From a virus (Duplodnaviria > Caudoviricetes): a DNA stretch of 48,126 bases. Of the stretch, positions 26,904 to 35,872 are shown piece after piece. Location: IMG/VR virus record IMGVR_UViG_3300009678_000016, positions 1 to 48,126 of that record. One strand, given 5' to 3'. Below the pieces are notes generated by a model, which was not told where the DNA came from, did no database searches, and was given only the letters and a program-made list of their open reading frames with translations. Both the position numbers and the translations under genes were made by a program. Position 1 is the stretch's first letter, and every line of letters starts with the position of its first letter.

Positions 26904-27148
26904 TCGATAACTCTCCCCATGTGCTCGCAGACAAGTGTTCCCGGATCGCGCAGCTCCGTGAATAGCTCCGTGACCACCTCCTGAGCTGATGGATTCGCTT
27001 GGTAATAGATCCCTCCGCATGGGCACCGTAGGCTTGTGGCTGGCCATTGAACCCAGACCGGGAAGGGAAACCTATCGGGATATTTCTGAGGCAGAGTAGC
27101 CCATTTGGGTGCCGCTGCCGCACATGGATGCTCCACCAGAAACTGCAC
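26900..27148 (-). CDS. Hypothetical protein (start uncertain)
   Basis: Fills the operon gap; ATGA coupling at its 3' end. Confidence 0.35.
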   Translation of the reverse strand: MQFLVEHPCAAAAPKWATLPQKYPDRFPFPVWVQWPATSLRCPCGGIYYQANPSAQEVVTELFTELRDPGTLVCEHMGRVIE

Positions 27149-27212
27149 TTCCCGCGCTGGCCCAACCGAAGAATCCCCGGAGCCTCGCGACTGCTTTGCA
27201 CGAACAACAGAC

Positions 27213-27476
27213 TCAGCACGGTCTGCCAATAGACACCTCCTCTTCTCCCGTAGCACAGGCCCAATGCACCGGAAGAGCTACAGCGTCATAACATCGTCCA
27301 TTCCGTGCTTTCCGGCGTTCTTCCGGATCCGGACTTGGTCCGATCGGCACCAGCGTATAAAAGTCTCCAAGGACAAGGTACTCTCCACACGCCGGGCATT
27401 GCGCTGCCGGGAGCTGATGCAGCAGCGGATTATTCGCAGTCACGCGAAACTGGCGGAGGTTGGGATGGAGCGGCAT
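27213..27476 (-). CDS. Hypothetical Zn-binding protein
   Basis: CPACG..VHWAC; coupled. Confidence 0.6.
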   Translation of the reverse strand: MPLHPNLRQFRVTANNPLLHQLPAAQCPACGEYLVLGDFYTLVPIGPSPDPEERRKARNGRCYDAVALPVHWACATGEEEVSIGRPC

Positions 27477-27701
27477 TTACAAACTCCCGGCTTCCAGCAC
27501 GCCCGCCGGAATTTCGTATGGGGTGAAGTTCGGGTTCGTCGCGTTGAGATCGTTTATGAACTGAAGCCACCTGTAGAACATTTTTCGATCATCGGTCCGG
27601 AGGCATTGCCCTAACGCGAAGCCCATCATTATAGTCAGTCGAGCGAATTGATCGCGGGTCATTTCGAGGGTCACGCGCTCGCCTTGCAACGTGTACGTCA
27701 T
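27477..27701 (-). CDS. Hypothetical protein
   Basis: SD AGGAGAG; NPNFTPYEIP. Confidence 0.6.
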   Translation of the reverse strand: MTYTLQGERVTLEMTRDQFARLTIMMGFALGQCLRTDDRKMFYRWLQFINDLNATNPNFTPYEIPAGVLEAGSL

Positions 27702-27927
27702 GCGACACTCTCCTATTTCAAAGGGCGCGGTTGGTACAAGCTCTGAGCACTCGTAACCAGCGTTGTGCCGCGCCCCCTATCGAAGGGAAGCCGTGTCGCG
27801 CACACGGCGGCGTTTCCGCCCATAGCGGAATCGATGACGGATCCAGGCCAGCGGCCCTTCCAAGCGTGATTTACACCATCGCCGCTTTTCCCCACCGCTG
27901 GTTTGGATTTGGATCCGCCAAACTGTT

Positions 27928-28326
27928 TCACCGGAAATCTCCGGCGAGGGATCGAAGTACGGCGCGGAGGTCGGCGACGTCGACCAGGAGAAACCCGTAG
28001 CGGGAGTTCTTCATCCGGTCGATCACGGCCGTGGGGGATTCCACCCACTGAAGGCTTTTGCCGATCTCCACCACCAGGAACGGACCCGCGAATTCCATCA
28101 GCTTCAGTCGGCGCCGCCGGAGGAATGGCAACGGAATGCCTTTGACTCGGAGCTCCCGGACGATCAGGGCGTGCAGTACGTCGGACGATTCCCAGATGCG
28201 GGAGTGTCCCACCTTCCGGATCCGCAACGCTCGATGGTCGTCCCACCACTGCAATTCGCGGAGCGTGCAGCCGGTGATCTCGGCTACCTCGCGCGTGGAG
28301 TAGGTTCTCTTTTGAGAAGGACTCAT
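27928..28326 (-). CDS. MerR-type HTH DNA-binding protein
   Basis: YSTREVAEITGCTLRELQWWD..R.W...V..LR.KGIPL. Confidence 0.75.
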   Translation of the reverse strand: MSPSQKRTYSTREVAEITGCTLRELQWWDDHRALRIRKVGHSRIWESSDVLHALIVRELRVKGIPLPFLRRRRLKLMEFAGPFLVVEIGKSLQWVESPTAVIDRMKNSRYGFLLVDVADLRAVLRSLAGDFR

Positions 28327-28514
28327 GAGCAGCCTGCCTTTTCGCGCACAGCCGGCGCGGGTGCTTCGGGGGCTTTCGATTGGGCCGGGGTGGATGTGCC
28401 GGCGAGCGGGTGAAACAGCTTGAACTCGAGAACGGTATGCCGGCGTTTGTATTCGCAGGCGGGACAGCCTGGGGCCGGGGTGCGGTTGATGGTGAGATCG
28501 TTGACGGGGTTCAT
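28323..28514 (-). CDS. Small hypothetical protein
   Basis: MNPVNDL..CPAC..HPLAG; coupled. Confidence 0.5.
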   Translation of the reverse strand: MNPVNDLTINRTPAPGCPACEYKRRHTVLEFKLFHPLAGTSTPAQSKAPEAPAPAVREKAGCS

Positions 28515-28816
28515 TGAATGGTCTCCGGTTTTTGAAATTGCTCCAGCTTGCGCTCGGGCAGAGCGTGGCCGCGGGGATCGGGATCGCCGGTTTGGACGCG
28601 CCGCTGGATTTCGCGGCCGATTTCGCAAAGACAGAAATCGGTAACGCCGATCAGCCCGGTACCGTTGCAACCCGCGCACCTCCCCCACCGGTTTTTCATG
28701 CCGGGTTCCGGCGCCGCCGGCACACTCTCCGGCCGGTCACGCTTCTCAATCGCTGCACGCAGAGATTCGGCGAGCGCTACAGCTCTGGCGTAAGCGTCAT
28801 CGAGAGGGTCGCTCAC
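28511..28816 (-). CDS. Hypothetical Zn-finger protein
   Basis: SD GGAAGGAG; CAGCNGTG..FCLC. Confidence 0.55.
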   Translation of the reverse strand: MSDPLDDAYARAVALAESLRAAIEKRDRPESVPAAPEPGMKNRWGRCAGCNGTGLIGVTDFCLCEIGREIQRRVQTGDPDPRGHALPERKLEQFQKPETIQ

Positions 28817-28935
28817 AATAGGGCTCCTTCCGTGTGATCATAGTGTCTCGCTGGGTCGCTGTCAGCGTTCGAATGCGGAGCGCGGCGGTCGCCTACATCG
28901 GCCGCCGTACCGCAGCCTATGTAGGAGGCACTTCT

Positions 28936-29367
28936 ATGGAACTCGCGTTCGGAAAGTTTAAGGGTCTTTCTGTCGATGACCCGGAAGTTAAAACGAAGTA
29001 TCTCGAATGGCTTTACGGAGAAATGATTACTACCTCTGAAGCCATCCAGGCGGAACTTGCTCGACGGGAGCAAATAGAAGCCGGAGACCTGAGCATGGCG
29101 GAGCGAATCGTTTTCTCCGGAACCCGCCAACTCGCCAAAGAATACAAGGACAAGCCCGAAATGCTGCGGCAACTCGCTGGAGCTGAGGCCGCACTCTCCG
29201 CGGTGTTGGCGAAATATTTCGGCGATCAAGCTGAAGATGAAGAAGTAGATCCAGACGTGCTCTTTGCTATTGAGCGCGAGGCTTGCGCGCAGATCGTGGA
29301 GAATTCGCCACACGGCAGCGATATCACTGCGACCGCACAGAAAATCCGAGCGCGGGGAAATCATTAG
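28936..29367 (+). CDS. Hypothetical protein with FGKFKG (DUF3820-like) N-terminus and EREACA C-terminus
   Basis: SD AGGAGG; MELAFGKFKG..YLEWL; antisense to its neighbours. Confidence 0.7.
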   Translation: MELAFGKFKGLSVDDPEVKTKYLEWLYGEMITTSEAIQAELARREQIEAGDLSMAERIVFSGTRQLAKEYKDKPEMLRQLAGAEAALSAVLAKYFGDQAEDEEVDPDVLFAIEREACAQIVENSPHGSDITATAQKIRARGNH

Positions 29368-30602
29368 CCACCGGCTCCCTTTGCGCGACGCGTTAACTCG
29401 GCGTGGAGGTTGCTCGCCATCTCTCTGACCTCTAGGGATTCGGTGATGTCGTTCATCGTCGCTTCGCAATTCTTGATGTTTTGCAAAAGCTCGATTTCCG
29501 CCCATTCCTGAACCCGCGACTCGACGGCCGCGGTATCGTGCGTTGTTTCCATCCAGGTCTCGCGGGCCTTCACGATGGTCCTCATCAGAACGGGCGTTCC
29601 TACTTTGCCCCGTTTCAGCCGGTCATCAAGGATCACAAAAAAGTGATAGAGCGGAACCTCGCCGAGTGCGGTACGGGCTTTCTCCAGATCGTCAGAATCT
29701 ACCCACACCTTGCGCGCAGTCAGGCCGACCTTCAGCGCGTCCGGCGGGCGGGCGGGCGGCTCTGGTGACCCCTTAGAGCGCCCGCCCGCCGCCTTTAAAA
29801 CTTCTATCGAAGAAGAACGAGGGAGAGACTTGTCCTTGGGTGCTGAGGCTGAGGCTGAAGCATATAAGGAAGGGGAACCCTGTACACCGTTGGATTCCGG
29901 TTCGTACGAAGTGCCGGGGGTAGTTTGTACGAAGTCGGCAACGCAACTCTGTACAAAGTCGGGCTCGGCCAGCAAGCTGAGTTGCACGTATTTGAACGCG
30001 GCCGGGCGGCGCTTCGGGAGCCGCTTTTTCGGTACCCCGATCTCCTGAAACATGGTATTCTCGACTCGTTCATCTATGGATCTGAGTACCGCTTGCCCCT
30101 CCGCGAAGAAGACTTTCCGCCAAGCTAAATATGCGTCTCTTTTGGAAATCGCGGCTTTTTTGCGGTCCGCCGGGAGCTTTTTAATGAAATCAGCAAGATA
30201 CCCGGAATTCCAACTCTGTACAGAGTTGCTCTGATCCCCTTTTGTTCGCCTCTTACAGGCGTGGGGAATGTCGGCGCAGAGCCAGATTTTCCGGTCTTTC
30301 GCTACCCGTAAAATCCCCTCGATCTGAGCCCCGTTGAGTTCATTGCGCGCGGTTTGAATCTTCCACCCCAGTTCCAGCGCCATGTTTTCGACGTAGAGGG
30401 TTTTGCCGTGTTCATCCACGCAGTAGGGAGACTCGTGGCGGTACGCCGTGGTCTTCGATTTGACCCATGCCTGCACCCGGATGCGGGCAGTTTCGCCGCG
30501 GTGCAGGTTAATTAGGTTCTGGTCTGGTGGTTCCGGATCGTAGCGGCCGGACTTCGAGCCCATCGCCTTCATGAGGGTGGTATTTCTGTCGCTTACCTTC
30601 AC
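29364..30602 (-). CDS. Putative replication initiator protein
   Basis: Largest early ORF; wHTH-like MALELGWKIQTARNELN; internal iteron-like repeats. Confidence 0.55.
   Translation of the reverse strand: MKVSDRNTTLMKAMGSKSGRYDPEPPDQNLINLHRGETARIRVQAWVKSKTTAYRHESPYCVDEHGKTLYVENMALELGWKIQTARNELNGAQIEGILRVAKDRKIWLCADIPHACKRRTKGDQSNSVQSWNSGYLADFIKKLPADRKKAAISKRDAYLAWRKVFFAEGQAVLRSIDERVENTMFQEIGVPKKRLPKRRPAAFKYVQLSLLAEPDFVQSCVADFVQTTPGTSYEPESNGVQGSPSLYASASASAPKDKSLPRSSSIEVLKAAGGRSKGSPEPPARPPDALKVGLTARKVWVDSDDLEKARTALGEVPLYHFFVILDDRLKRGKVGTPVLMRTIVKARETWMETTHDTAAVESRVQEWAEIELLQNIKNCEATMNDITESLEVREMASNLHAELTRRAKGAGG
29743..29960. other. Putative replication origin inside the Rep-like gene
   Basis: GTAC-centred repeats at 29882, 29904, 29927 and 29951; GC-rich inverted repeat at 29743-29793; related perfect palindrome at 30211-30228. 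Confidence 0.5.
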
Positions 30603-30689
30603 ACTTCACCAACTTCCTTCGCTGGCCCAACCTCCGCGGCTGGGACCGGGCGCGACTTCTTTGCACGAACAGAACGTTGTATCTTTCGG

Positions 30690-31007
30690 CTACCCACTTG
30701 GCACCGCCCGTTTCGCTATTTTTCGCCCTTCTGTGGTGATCCCATAGATACGCGGATAGTCCGTGTTGAATAATTCGATCCAGCCGCTTTCGATCAGCTT
30801 ACGAAGGGTCTTTCCAAGAATCCGGCGGCGTCCCCGGGTGAGCGTGGTATCGACCAGATTTATGTAGCCGGAATACTGGTGGATGGTCCAGTCCTGGACG
30901 TGCATTCGGTCGAGGATGAGCCATTGAACATGGGTAGGCGGACGATCTTGCGCCACGCGCATTTTGAGCGCTTCGGTGGGAGAGGAAGAGGTTGGGCCGG
31001 GGTTCAT
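30690..31007 (-). CDS. Hypothetical protein, possibly winged helix
   Basis: KTLRKLIESGWIE..YGITTEGR; ATGA coupling. Confidence 0.55.
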   Translation of the reverse strand: MNPGPTSSSPTEALKMRVAQDRPPTHVQWLILDRMHVQDWTIHQYSGYINLVDTTLTRGRRRILGKTLRKLIESGWIELFNTDYPRIYGITTEGRKIAKRAVPSG

Positions 31008-31315
31008 GAGGAAGCCTCAAGGCTCCGGCGAGCCATCTCATCCAGTTCAGCGTCGGTCAGTTCGCGGCGCGGCCGTGGCGGGGCTGAGGCTGCCTGCTGG
31101 CGGCGTTTCCGCTGTGCTTCGGCATTGTGAGCGATCACGGCATCGCGGTTGCGCTGATAGAACTGGTGTCTTGCTTTGCGGTTTCTGCAGGTCTTGCAGG
31201 CTCCGCACGAACACCCCGGTACGGGTCCCGGTTTCAAATGGCCGATCTCGCCGGCAGCCTGGAGACGCTCACGGCAATAGCGGCAGGAGATGAGACGGCA
31301 TTCGCAGCGTTTCAT
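31004..31315 (-). CDS. Cys-rich hypothetical protein
   Basis: CECRLISCRYC and CSCGACKTC. Confidence 0.55.
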   Translation of the reverse strand: MKRCECRLISCRYCRERLQAAGEIGHLKPGPVPGCSCGACKTCRNRKARHQFYQRNRDAVIAHNAEAQRKRRQQAASAPPRPRRELTDAELDEMARRSLEASS

Positions 31316-31542
31316 GACGCCACCACGGGCTTCAGCGCCGTCACCGCTCGCTGAATGATCTCCTCAATCTCGAGTAGCCGAGCCTCGGAGACGGTGTGCT
31401 TTGGCGGTACGGCGCCCTCGGTCCGCTCCATCAGGTTTTCGAGGGCCTCGGCTGCCAGGGGGTTCTGGAAGCACCAGCCGCGCTTGTGCCAGCCGTCGCG
31501 AGCGATATGCCAGCCTCGGGAGCGAAGGAAGGGGTACTTCAT
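31312..31542 (-). CDS. Hypothetical protein
   Basis: Coupled at both ends. Confidence 0.55.
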   Translation of the reverse strand: MKYPFLRSRGWHIARDGWHKRGWCFQNPLAAEALENLMERTEGAVPPKHTVSEARLLEIEEIIQRAVTALKPVVAS

Positions 31543-32177
31543 GGCTGCACCGCCGAGCCCGCTGCCCTCTTCGCCTCACCGGTGCTGAACGCTCCGTAGC
31601 AGCGCTTGCGCATTTCCTCTAGGAACAGCGCGCCTTCCCGTGGGACGTAGCCCATTCTGGTTTTGACCCAGTGGCGGAATTCCTGCATGTCGCTGGTGAG
31701 GTCCTTGACCAGCAGTGAGCCATTCTTCGCCGCCACCTTCGCTGTTTTTTTCTGAAAGAGGCGAGCGGTCGGGATGAACATCCGAAGTTCACCGCCGACT
31801 ACAATTACCGACAGATCGCCGCGGCCGTAGACGGTGGCGCGGGCCGTCGGAAACTCTGTCCGGAGTGCCAGAGAAACGTTGTCGGGTATCTCCATCGCCT
31901 TCATCCCGTACAGAAAATTCAGAAACGTCTTTGATGGATTGGCTAGCGGAGGCGTGCCGCGCCCCTCAACCGCCTGCTCGAAAGAGGCGAAGACCCCAGT
32001 GGACGCTGCAAGGTCCAGGAACTCGCGGTCATGCTTCGAGAGGCTGTCCAGCCAGTCGGTGTCCGGTTCATTTTTGGCGAAGGTGCCAAAGCTGGTTTCC
32101 AGCTTGAATCGGACGGACTCTCCACAGTGGGGGCACTGCCCAACCCAGGAGATGATGCGACGTTCGCCGCCGCTCAT
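31539..32177 (-). CDS. Hypothetical protein with N-terminal CPHCG ribbon
   Basis: SD GAGG before MSGGERR; first gene of the long leftward operon. Confidence 0.65.
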   Translation of the reverse strand: MSGGERRIISWVGQCPHCGESVRFKLETSFGTFAKNEPDTDWLDSLSKHDREFLDLAASTGVFASFEQAVEGRGTPPLANPSKTFLNFLYGMKAMEIPDNVSLALRTEFPTARATVYGRGDLSVIVVGGELRMFIPTARLFQKKTAKVAAKNGSLLVKDLTSDMQEFRHWVKTRMGYVPREGALFLEEMRKRCYGAFSTGEAKRAAGSAVQP

Positions 32178-32551
32178 AAACCCGCCTCGTGGCACACCCG
32201 TGCCGTAACACTCACCCGTATAGGAAGAATTGCGTTCATTCCGAAACCTCCATTGCTTTCTACAAGTTGAAGTTGAATGAAACGCTGGGAAGGTTTATCC
32301 TGAAAACGTCGATTCCCTGCGTCTCGTTTAGGTCGGTCACTTGGCTATTCCGGCGAAGGTTTCGGCCTCGTGATCGATGTTTTCCTGCGGCAGGGAGGCG
32401 GCCTGGCGGTGTCCGCTGTGTCGAGAATAGCCGATGGGGTACAATCCCCAAATGCAATTGTTCTCGGCTTCGGTCTAAGTGAAAAATCCTGACCGTACCG
32501 GGACTTTCTCCATAACCCCAGCTCGCGGAAGGGCGCTATGTTACGTGTCCT

Positions 32552-33496
32552 ATGGACACCTCCCCGATTGACCTTCAGACCCTGCTGAGCGAGCGCGCCA
32601 GATACCAGCGAGGGATACTGGCCGACCGCACCTTGAGAGGCTACGCCTACGACCTGGGCCATTTCCGGGCCTGGTGCACAACCATGGACCGGGCATCGAT
32701 GCCGGCGAGCGGCGACACCACCAGCCTCTATCTCACCGGGATGCTGGTCACCGGCAAAAAAGTAACCACCACCAGCCGCCACGCTTCGGCGATCGCGCAC
32801 GCGCACCGGCAGGATGGACTCGAGTCCCCGGTTACTCGAGATATCCGGCAGCTGCTGAGAAACGCCAAGCGGATCCGCTGCGAGCCGGTCCACCAGATGC
32901 GCGCCATCACGGTGGAGGAGCTGCGCCAGATGGTAGGCACGCTGGCGCTCGACGGCAGCCCGAACGCGATCCGGAATAGCTCGATGCTTACGCTGGGCTT
33001 CTTCAGCGCATTGCGCAGATCGAACATAGCGGGCCTCGAGCTGGGCGACGTGGAATTTACTTCCGAGGGAATGATTCTGCGGATACGCCACGAAAAGCAG
33101 GACCGCGAGGGCATCCCCAGACTGATCGGGATCCCGTACGGAACGTCGGAAGAAACCTGCCCGGTCAAGGGACTGCGTGTCTGGCTGGCCTATCGCGGTA
33201 CTTCGGAAGGCGCGGCCCTCTACACTCATACGGAGCCAGGCGCGCATCGCCGGGGCCTGCTGCCCGAATCCTACTGCCGGATCGTAAAGCAGAGCATGAC
33301 GCTGGCCGGCCTCGACTGCACCGACTACGGCGCTCACTCCATGCGCGCGGCCTTCGTCACCGCAGCCTTCGACGCCGGCGCCGACACCATGGTAGTCGCG
33401 GCCCACACCGGCCATCACGATCTGAGGGTGTTGCGCGATTACTACCGCAGAATCAGGCTCTTCAAATCGAACGCGTGCGACAAGATCGCCGTGTAG
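32552..33496 (+). CDS. Tyrosine recombinase, Cre-like
   Basis: Catalytic set LRRSN, HEKQD, HSMRA, HTGH, YY; SAM-like N-domain TLRGYAYDLGHFRAWC; TCPVKGLRVWL. Confidence 0.9.
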   Translation: MDTSPIDLQTLLSERARYQRGILADRTLRGYAYDLGHFRAWCTTMDRASMPASGDTTSLYLTGMLVTGKKVTTTSRHASAIAHAHRQDGLESPVTRDIRQLLRNAKRIRCEPVHQMRAITVEELRQMVGTLALDGSPNAIRNSSMLTLGFFSALRRSNIAGLELGDVEFTSEGMILRIRHEKQDREGIPRLIGIPYGTSEETCPVKGLRVWLAYRGTSEGAALYTHTEPGAHRRGLLPESYCRIVKQSMTLAGLDCTDYGAHSMRAAFVTAAFDAGADTMVVAAHTGHHDLRVLRDYYRRIRLFKSNACDKIAV

Positions 33497-33807
33497 GTTT
33501 TCTCTCTGCCGCGCGATGGCTGAATTTTCTGGAATCACATCGGCCCCAATCACGAGGCTTGCTGTGGTGGCGACCGGGTGATTGTGCCCTCGTGTGACGA
33601 GAGCCCGGCCGCCGACCACAAACTCAAACCGGGAGCTTACCCCGGCTGAAGAATCATCACACACCGGAAGAAAAATAGCTATGGGACATTTGTACCGGTT
33701 GCAAAATCGCGTGAATTTGATAACCTGATTCACGTTCTGCCTCCCGGCCCTCTTTGCATTTCAAAAGAAGTTTTTCTTGAGCGGAAAACTGCGCGGCTAA
33801 AAGGCAC

Positions 33808-33840
33808 TGGCCTGGATGCGTTCGTAGCGCGTCCAGGCCA
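33808..33840. repeat. 13-7-13 inverted repeat
   Basis: TGGCCTGGATGCG-TTCGTAG-CGCGTCCAGGCCA (one mismatch). Confidence 0.8.
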
Positions 33841-34018
33841 CTTGAAATTCCGATAATGGCGTGTTATTTTCAAAACTGTTTTCGACACTCGGGGGGTCTC
33901 CAGGAAACCTGGGCGAGGGGCCCCCTCTCCTGCCTTTCTTAAAATTCCAATGGTTACAACCTTACTCCCGCGACTGTTCGCGGTCAAACAGTGGCGCGTT
34001 TTGTTCATCCCGGAACAC

Positions 34019-34026
34019 GGCGATAT
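34019..34026 (+). promoter_or_regulatory. Putative sigma28-type -10 variant GGCGATAT
   Basis: 7 nt before GTG 34034; no obvious SD. Confidence 0.55.
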
Positions 34027-34033
34027 CTGATTT

Positions 34034-34681
34034 GTGAAGTGCGCCATCTACGCCCGCGTGTCGAAGAAACAGGGGCAGGAGACCGAGAACCAGCTGGTGG
34101 AACTGCGGCGGTATGCCAAGGCGCAAGGCTGGGAGACCATCGAGTACATCGACCGCGACACCGGCAAGCACTCGAAGCGGGACGCCTTCATGGAACTATT
34201 CGAGGGAGCCAGCCGGCGGAAGTTCGACGTGGTGCTGGTGTGGGCGCTCGACCGATTGACCCGCGAGGGTGTGCTGAAGACTTTCGCGCACATCGAGAAA
34301 CTGGCTGGATACGGCTGCCGGTTCGAGAGCTACACCGAGCCCTACTTCCGTAGCACGGGTCCCGCCGGCGAACTGCTCATGGCCGTGCTCGCGTGGGTGG
34401 CGAAGCAGGAACGCCTGCGGATCTCAGAGCGGACCAAAGCAGGGCTGGCGATCGCCCGAGCGAAGGGACGGGTTGGCGGCCGGCGCCCCAAGGTCTTCGA
34501 CCGCGACAAGGCCAGGGCACTCAGGAATCAGAACCCGCCGATGAGCTGGCGCGCGATCGCACGGGAGCTGGGCGTAGCACAGAGCTCGATCCGGGATGCC
34601 CTGGCGGTCAAGCCGCGGCGCAGTGGACCTGGGCGAGGCGGTAGCCCGCGCACTCGACGCCGCATTTCGGGCAAGGGGTAG
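34034..34681 (+). CDS. Small serine recombinase (resolvase/invertase) with C-terminal HTH
   Basis: AIYARVS, VWALDRLTR, ISERTKAGLAIARAKGRVGGR, SWRAIARELG. Confidence 0.92.
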   Translation: MKCAIYARVSKKQGQETENQLVELRRYAKAQGWETIEYIDRDTGKHSKRDAFMELFEGASRRKFDVVLVWALDRLTREGVLKTFAHIEKLAGYGCRFESYTEPYFRSTGPAGELLMAVLAWVAKQERLRISERTKAGLAIARAKGRVGGRRPKVFDRDKARALRNQNPPMSWRAIARELGVAQSSIRDALAVKPRRSGPGRGGSPRTRRRISGKG

Positions 34682-34832
34682 GTTTCTTCTTCCGCCCGGC
34701 GCCGGGGGCGCGTGTCTTGCGAGGCGGTGGGGCGGGTTTGCGTGGCATAGAATTAAACCTCGCCGGGTTGCCTACCGGCCCCACCTACCACGGTGGAGGC
34801 TCCGCTTACGCGAAGGAGCGCACGGCGGAGAG

Positions 34833-35054
34833 CTATTGGCGCGGAAGCGTATTGATGTAGGCTTGCCACTGTTTCCCGAGTGACGCGACGGCTTCCTGGG
34901 TCGAGCGGGTGGCGTCGGCCAGCGTGGCGACTACGGCAGCGTTCCTGGCGATCAGGTTGTCCGTCCTCTCGAAAGCGGCGAAGAGTGCGGCGATCTGCCG
35001 GTCATGCGCCGCAACCGTATCGGTGAGCTTTTCAAGTTTCTCTTCAACTGTCAT
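34833..35054 (-). CDS. Small coiled-coil hypothetical protein
   Basis: SD GAAGGA; own sigma70-like promoter. Confidence 0.7.
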   Translation of the reverse strand: MTVEEKLEKLTDTVAAHDRQIAALFAAFERTDNLIARNAAVVATLADATRSTQEAVASLGKQWQAYINTLPRQ

Positions 35055-35097
35055 TGTTTGGTTTTCCTTCCGCCCGTTGGTAGCGGGCTACTCTTCT

Positions 35098-35126
35098 ACA
35101 ATAGCTTATTTGCGCAAATAAGGCAA
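35098..35126 (-). promoter_or_regulatory. Sigma70-type promoter with an 18-bp palindrome in its spacer
   Basis: TTGCCT-N17-TATTGT; CTTATTTGCGCAAATAAG at 35105-35122. Confidence 0.65.
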
Positions 35127-35307
35127 GGGAAAAGAATGCCTGTTTTCAGGCCCAAAATAGGTGTGCGACAAACCCCACCCCGAAATGCGCGAAACGGCGT
35201 TGCAAATAAACCCTGACGTTTGGCTGGATGGGCTTGCCGCCATCGACCGTTAGCGCACAGCCAGGAAACCCCCGCCAACACGCGCGCCGGCTACGTTTTC
35301 CCCGGTG

Positions 35308-35799
35308 TTACGCGGATACGCGCACGGTCGCGGGGAGCGCGCGCAGCTTCGAGAAAAACTCGCGGACGCGCCCGGCGCAGGGCGGCTGCACGTCGCAGGC
35401 TTCGATGTAATGGTGCAGGGTGGATGTGCCGACGATGGCGACGAGCGGCCAGGCTACGAGCGAGATGGGCAGCAGGGACAGCATGATGATGCGACCCGGG
35501 TAGAACCACACCCTCCGGTAATTACGCAGCCCGAGCAGCGCATCGCGGCGGATCCGCGAATGGTGCTCAGTCTCCCAGAATGCTCCGGCCAGGCTGATTA
35601 GGATGTTGAGGGCGGCGAAGGGGTTGAACCACCCTTGCACTTCGAGTGTCCAAATGAGATTGGCGAACCATGCCGCCGCGCAACACCCAGCCATCACGCG
35701 GGACTGGGCAATCGAATCGATCCCGGTCACGGCGTGTACCCAATCCGCGGCCGGCTGGGACACGCGGTCGATCAGAAAGTCGTCGAGGCGCCGCAGCAT
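35308..35799 (-). CDS. Multi-pass membrane protein
   Basis: Several hydrophobic segments; CATAAT 7 nt before the ATG. Confidence 0.7.
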   Translation of the reverse strand: MLRRLDDFLIDRVSQPAADWVHAVTGIDSIAQSRVMAGCCAAAWFANLIWTLEVQGWFNPFAALNILISLAGAFWETEHHSRIRRDALLGLRNYRRVWFYPGRIIMLSLLPISLVAWPLVAIVGTSTLHHYIEACDVQPPCAGRVREFFSKLRALPATVRVSA

Positions 35800-35833
35800 A
35801 CATCCGATTATGCGCCCAAGTTCCGCTCGGCAC

Positions 35834-35860
35834 CCGCGCCCCACGAGTAGATTGTTCAAA
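35834..35860 (+). repeat. Dispersed 27-bp motif, copy 6
   Basis: CCGCGCCCCACGAGTAGATTGTTCAAA plus A-tract. Confidence 0.9.
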
Positions 35861-35872
35861 CCAAAAAAGAAC

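Noticed and set aside
33878-35173. Inverted GTGTCGAAAAC / GTGTGCGACAAAC pair as invertase crossover sites flanking the resolvase
   Set aside because: Similarity is too short and gapped to support an invertible segment
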